From Sedimentisphaeraceae bacterium JB056 (GTDB taxonomy: Bacteria; Planctomycetota; Phycisphaerae; Sedimentisphaerales; Sedimentisphaeraceae): a stretch of DNA of 64,000 bases. Below, in pieces: positions 60,026-64,000 of this stretch (the first letter of the stretch is position 1; each line of letters opens with the position of its first letter). The notes under the pieces are model-generated. The model made no database searches. It saw only the letters and a list, made by a program, of their open reading frames with translations, and was not told where the DNA came from. Where the stretch lies: positions 64,001 to 128,000 of the forward strand of contig JBITAJ010000021.1 in assembly GCA_044440125.1 (NCBI GenBank). Reading direction: 5' to 3'. A program made the translations under genes and the position numbers.

Positions 60026-61042
60026 ATGAAACTCAAACGTTATGATAAAAACCCTATAATATCACCTGACAATAAAAATGACTGGGAAAGTCTTGTAACT
60101 ACAAATCCAAGTGCATGGTACGATGAAAATGATGGCGAAGTTAAAATGCTTTATCGCGCAGCAGGCAATGATGCCAAACATATCGTAAGATTCGGTCTCG
60201 CTGTCAGCAGAAACGGTTACGATTTTGAGAGAGTATCCGACAAACCAGTCTTTTCTCCAAGCAAAAACGGTTTCGATGCGGGCTGCGTTGAAGACCCGAG
60301 AATGATAAAAATCGGAGACTACTACTACATTACCTATGCAACCAGAATTTTCCCTCCTGGACAATACTGGCTTGAAGGCGGACCTTACGTACCACCAACA
60401 TGCCCGGAAGACTTCCCATCACTCGTACGAGAGAATTCCACCGTAACAGGATTGGCTATCACTAAAGACTTCAAGACATGGATTCGTCCGGGAAGAATGA
60501 CAAACCCCAAAATAGACGATCGTGATGTGATACTGTTTCCCGAAAAAATAAACGGCAAGTATGCTCTTATACATAGACCAATGAGCTGGGTTGGCGAAGA
60601 ATACGGCACCGAACATCCCGCAATGTGGATATCATTCTCAGATGACATGCTCGTCTGGCAGGACAGCAAACTTCTTGCCAAAGGCACAGAAGACTGGGAA
60701 CTTAAAATCGGAGGCAACACACCGCCTCTTCGAACCGAACACGGCTGGCTCACAACCTATCACGGCGTTGGACAGGACGGCTACTACAGACTTGGAGCAA
60801 TGCTGCTTGATACCGAAGAACCGTGGAAAGTGACCCATAGAACAAAAGAGTGGATACTTGAACCAAAAGAAGACTACGAAACACATGGATGTTATGAAGG
60901 CGGTGGAGTCGTGTTCCCATGCGGCAAAGTAATTATCGATGATACATTATTCGTATACTATGGAGCAGCAGACAAATATGTCGGACTCGCAACTTGTAAG
61001 ACAACCGAGCTTTTTGATTATCTGCTCAGTTGTCCGGTTTAA
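60026..61042 (+). CDS. Glycoside hydrolase family 130 protein
   Basis: NPII, YRA, GCVEDPR, DRDVILFPEKING, HRP, YHGV, VVFPCG, YYGAAD. Confidence 0.88.
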   Translation: MKLKRYDKNPIISPDNKNDWESLVTTNPSAWYDENDGEVKMLYRAAGNDAKHIVRFGLAVSRNGYDFERVSDKPVFSPSKNGFDAGCVEDPRMIKIGDYYYITYATRIFPPGQYWLEGGPYVPPTCPEDFPSLVRENSTVTGLAITKDFKTWIRPGRMTNPKIDDRDVILFPEKINGKYALIHRPMSWVGEEYGTEHPAMWISFSDDMLVWQDSKLLAKGTEDWELKIGGNTPPLRTEHGWLTTYHGVGQDGYYRLGAMLLDTEEPWKVTHRTKEWILEPKEDYETHGCYEGGGVVFPCGKVIIDDTLFVYYGAADKYVGLATCKTTELFDYLLSCPV

Positions 61043-61071
61043 CAGCACATACTAAGACAAGGAAAATAACG

Positions 61072-62070
61072 ATGTATCAAACAGAAAACAGCAGCAATGT
61101 TAAGATGCCAGCAAACTTCCCCTGGATGGATAAACCAAAAAATTGCGAAGAAGCTATCTGGCGTGAAACCAGAAACCCAATAATAAATCGTAATCCGGTC
61201 AAAAATGTCAAAAGAATATACAACAGTGCAGTGATTCCTTTTGAAGACCACTATATTGCTGTTTTACGGGCTGACTATAAAAACGGGATGCCATTTCTCC
61301 ATCTCGGCGAAAGCGAAGATGGATTGAACTGGAATATCAGCGACAAGAAGCTCCTGTTCAGCACTACAGATGGAATTCCCGGAATGGATGAATATGCATA
61401 CGATCCAAGAGTTACGTACATTGATGGAAAATACTACATAACATGGTGCAATGGATACGGCGGACCAACCATCGGTGTTGCAGGAACAACTGATTTCAAA
61501 AACATAGAACAATACGAAAATGCGTTCCTGCCATTCAATAGAAACGGCGTACTTCTTCCCAAAAAGATCAATGGCAACTTTGCCATGCTGAGCCGACCAA
61601 GCGACAACGGCCACACTCCTTTCGGTGATATCTACTACAGCGAAAGCCCGGATATGTGTTTCTGGGGAAAACACCGACATGTGTTATCGCCAACAGAAAC
61701 ATGGTGGGAATGTACTAAAGTCGGAGCTGGCCCAACGCCAATAGAGACATCTCAAGGCTGGCTGCTATTCTATCATGGCGTAATGAGTACATGCAGCGGA
61801 CTCGTATACAGTATGGGAGCCACCCTGCTCGACTTAGAAAAGCCATGGATTGTCATCGGAAGAACAAAAGAAGCACTTCTTACTCCAGAAACAGACTATG
61901 AAACCATAGGCCACGTTCCAAATGTAATTTTCCCATGCGCATCATTATACGATGAGCATACTGGCAGAATCGCTATATACTACGGTGCCGCAGATACTAC
62001 TACATGTCTGGCCTACACCACCTGTGAAAAGATAATAAACGAAATTGCAAAATCAGCACCATCTGTATAG
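61072..62070 (+). CDS. GH130 beta-mannoside phosphorylase-like protein
   Basis: YNSAV, YDPRV, PFNRNGVL, SRPSDNGHTPFGDI, YHGV, YYGAAD; start moved to ATG 61072 (AAGGA RBS). Confidence 0.88.
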   Translation: MYQTENSSNVKMPANFPWMDKPKNCEEAIWRETRNPIINRNPVKNVKRIYNSAVIPFEDHYIAVLRADYKNGMPFLHLGESEDGLNWNISDKKLLFSTTDGIPGMDEYAYDPRVTYIDGKYYITWCNGYGGPTIGVAGTTDFKNIEQYENAFLPFNRNGVLLPKKINGNFAMLSRPSDNGHTPFGDIYYSESPDMCFWGKHRHVLSPTETWWECTKVGAGPTPIETSQGWLLFYHGVMSTCSGLVYSMGATLLDLEKPWIVIGRTKEALLTPETDYETIGHVPNVIFPCASLYDEHTGRIAIYYGAADTTTCLAYTTCEKIINEIAKSAPSV

Positions 62071-62083
62071 TCCTGTGATAAGT

Positions 62084-64000
62084 TCAATAGTTAGCAGCAA
62101 GCGGCACATGTATATTGTAGGAATGTCTGCCGTTATTGCCCTGCTTCTCAAGAACCGAGAGAAAGAGCATTTTGGGTTTACCATTTTCAAAATACAGCTG
62201 CGGTCGTTCGAGCCGGAAGATTTTCTGCAACCGATTCTCCCATCTTATTTCCGGAATCGTTATAAACGGATTTTTCGCCGGCGACCACCGCAAGCCGTCT
62301 TTCGAACAAAATAAAACCAACGCACTTTCTGTATCGGCAAAGCGAGATGCCTTATCTTTCACTATTGCATAGTATAAACAGCGGTTCCTATCATACCACA
62401 CAAACGGATCTTCTGCGGGAAAGTCATTCTCAGAAGCAATAAACACCTCTCTGCTGCGTTTTATAAACGGACCTTCAGGAGATTCGGCGATTGCCGTTAA
62501 GTGCGTTACAGGTCCACCAAAGGGAAGCGGTCTTTGGCAAGCTACCGCTTTATAAACCATAAGATATTTACCATCAGCACCTTGTGTTACCGATGGATTA
62601 CAAACACACAAAGAATCAGGAGCCTTAGCATCGGCACTTACATCAATAATAGGCTCATCTAATCTTCTCCATGGTCCATCCAAACTATCGGCAACCGCTA
62701 CTCCAATACGCTGATTATTCCGGTGTGTCCAGTTGAGGTCGTTAAAATCATGAACAACCATACCATCGCCCGTACTGCCAGTATAATAGAGATAATATCT
62801 GCCATCAAAAGCCTTAACGGTAGGATTATGGGCAGAATGCGAATCCCAGTAATTACCTTCACGCTTGCCCAAAGCAACGTCCTTAAACCGATATGTGCCG
62901 CCGGGTGTTTCTGCAACGGCATGGGCTATCTTTGAATGAGTAGCCCAGCTTTGGAAGCCAAGTTCCTTACGCCAGCGAGAATAAAACAGATGATATTTAC
63001 CATCATCCGCCCTAAGGATTGTCGCGCCCCAAATATGCCACTTGTCCTGTTCGAGGATTGAGTATTCAGGTACAGGCTGCATCATTGAACCTATATCAAG
63101 ATTATCTTGCGAAGAGTCGGATCTCAAGGCAACAAATTTTACCGCATCGGCAACAGTATCGCCTTGCTCACCAGCATAAAGCTTAACATAATTGCCCTGC
63201 CCCTTTAAAAGCTCAAATCTTCCAAGAAATATCCATTGCCGGTCATAACAATTACTCTTCTGGTCATAAGTGAAATAATCAAAAATATCCTTGCCACCAT
63301 TATACCCGACCTCAACAGGAACGTATTCACTATTAGCCTCACTCACCGGATACCTTATGTAGACATGATAGCTCCCACTATTTTTAATTTTGGGTTTCCA
63401 GCAAGCCCATTTTTGTTGGGATTTATTAGAGGAACGACATAGAGCATAATCTTTGCCGTAAAAATTTTCTAAATCGGCAGAGATATTCCAATTTTCACAA
63501 CTGCTGAAACCATCATCACTGTTATCAACTATAATCACTTCGTCAGATTCGGATAAAGGCAATGCTGGGCAAGGCTTATCAGTTAATCCTGCATTTTTGA
63601 TAATATCAAGGGCTTTCTCTGGCCAATCAACATCTTTATAGACATAATTATCCCTCACAACACGATTATGACCTGTTACAGACGTCTCAAGCGTAGTCGT
63701 AAAATTATTCTCCGCTATTATATCACGCTTTATCTGCGGATTAAAGGCACGCTGTCCTATAAGCCTTTGAGCATTCTCGATTACATTATTACGGAATATC
63801 CAATACGCACCGCAGCCATCATTGTAAAAAGCCGGATCGTGCCTTTGAGTCATCATATCTTTTACATAATTCCCAACTGCATAAGAAGCGTAAACTGGAT
63901 TAGGAGAATAAATAGCCGCCCCGTCAACAAGCTCTGCCAGGTATTTTTCGACTCTATTGTTTCTGACTATCGCATTCTTCGGCTCGGTTATAATATCATC
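62084..64000 (-). CDS. Multidomain glycoside hydrolase, partial: beta-helix region + golvesin-like beta-sandwich + GH43/GH117-like five-bladed propeller
   Basis: Frame is open upstream of 63856 to the window edge (DDIITEPK...DGAAIYS); IIVDNSD...ADAVKF; WHIWG, YHLFYSRW, AHNP, NQRIGVA, AEDPFVW, LERPQL. Confidence 0.72.
   Translation of the reverse strand, partial: DDIITEPKNAIVRNNRVEKYLAELVDGAAIYSPNPVYASYAVGNYVKDMMTQRHDPAFYNDGCGAYWIFRNNVIENAQRLIGQRAFNPQIKRDIIAENNFTTTLETSVTGHNRVVRDNYVYKDVDWPEKALDIIKNAGLTDKPCPALPLSESDEVIIVDNSDDGFSSCENWNISADLENFYGKDYALCRSSNKSQQKWACWKPKIKNSGSYHVYIRYPVSEANSEYVPVEVGYNGGKDIFDYFTYDQKSNCYDRQWIFLGRFELLKGQGNYVKLYAGEQGDTVADAVKFVALRSDSSQDNLDIGSMMQPVPEYSILEQDKWHIWGATILRADDGKYHLFYSRWRKELGFQSWATHSKIAHAVAETPGGTYRFKDVALGKREGNYWDSHSAHNPTVKAFDGRYYLYYTGSTGDGMVVHDFNDLNWTHRNNQRIGVAVADSLDGPWRRLDEPIIDVSADAKAPDSLCVCNPSVTQGADGKYLMVYKAVACQRPLPFGGPVTHLTAIAESPEGPFIKRSREVFIASENDFPAEDPFVWYDRNRCLYYAIVKDKASRFADTESALVLFCSKDGLRWSPAKNPFITIPEIRWENRLQKIFRLERPQLYFENGKPKMLFLSVLEKQGNNGRHSYNIHVPLAANY

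Overview
AT-rich bacterial window that is almost entirely a carbohydrate-utilisation region. The gene repertoire (prepilin-type/H-X9-DG proteins, LamG proteins with dockerin-like C-terminal tags, many sulfatases, sodium:solute symporters, no SusC/SusD) suggests a planctomycete, probably Phycisphaerae/Sedimentisphaerales; this is an inference. The window resolves into four regulator-associated cassettes (AraC, GntR, LacI, LacI). Each has exactly one pilin-like H-X9-DG-type protein next to a secreted LamG protein carrying a half-dockerin-like tag, plus a different enzyme payload: GH123-like/sialidase-like; heparinase II/III-like; alginate-lyase-like plus sulfatases; and acetylesterase/GH5-like/GH130. 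Two cassettes share an identical regulator-pilin-LamG-CBM9 order followed by a hairpin. Also visible: recent domain shuffling between neighbouring genes, tagged/untagged enzyme paralogue pairs, two distinct LacI operator sets with sigma70-like promoters, and two decayed mobile-element relics (an rve integrase tail and an IS200/IS605 TnpA fragment). No CRISPR array, rRNA or intact tRNA was seen. Product calls rest on motif recognition only; no database searches were run.
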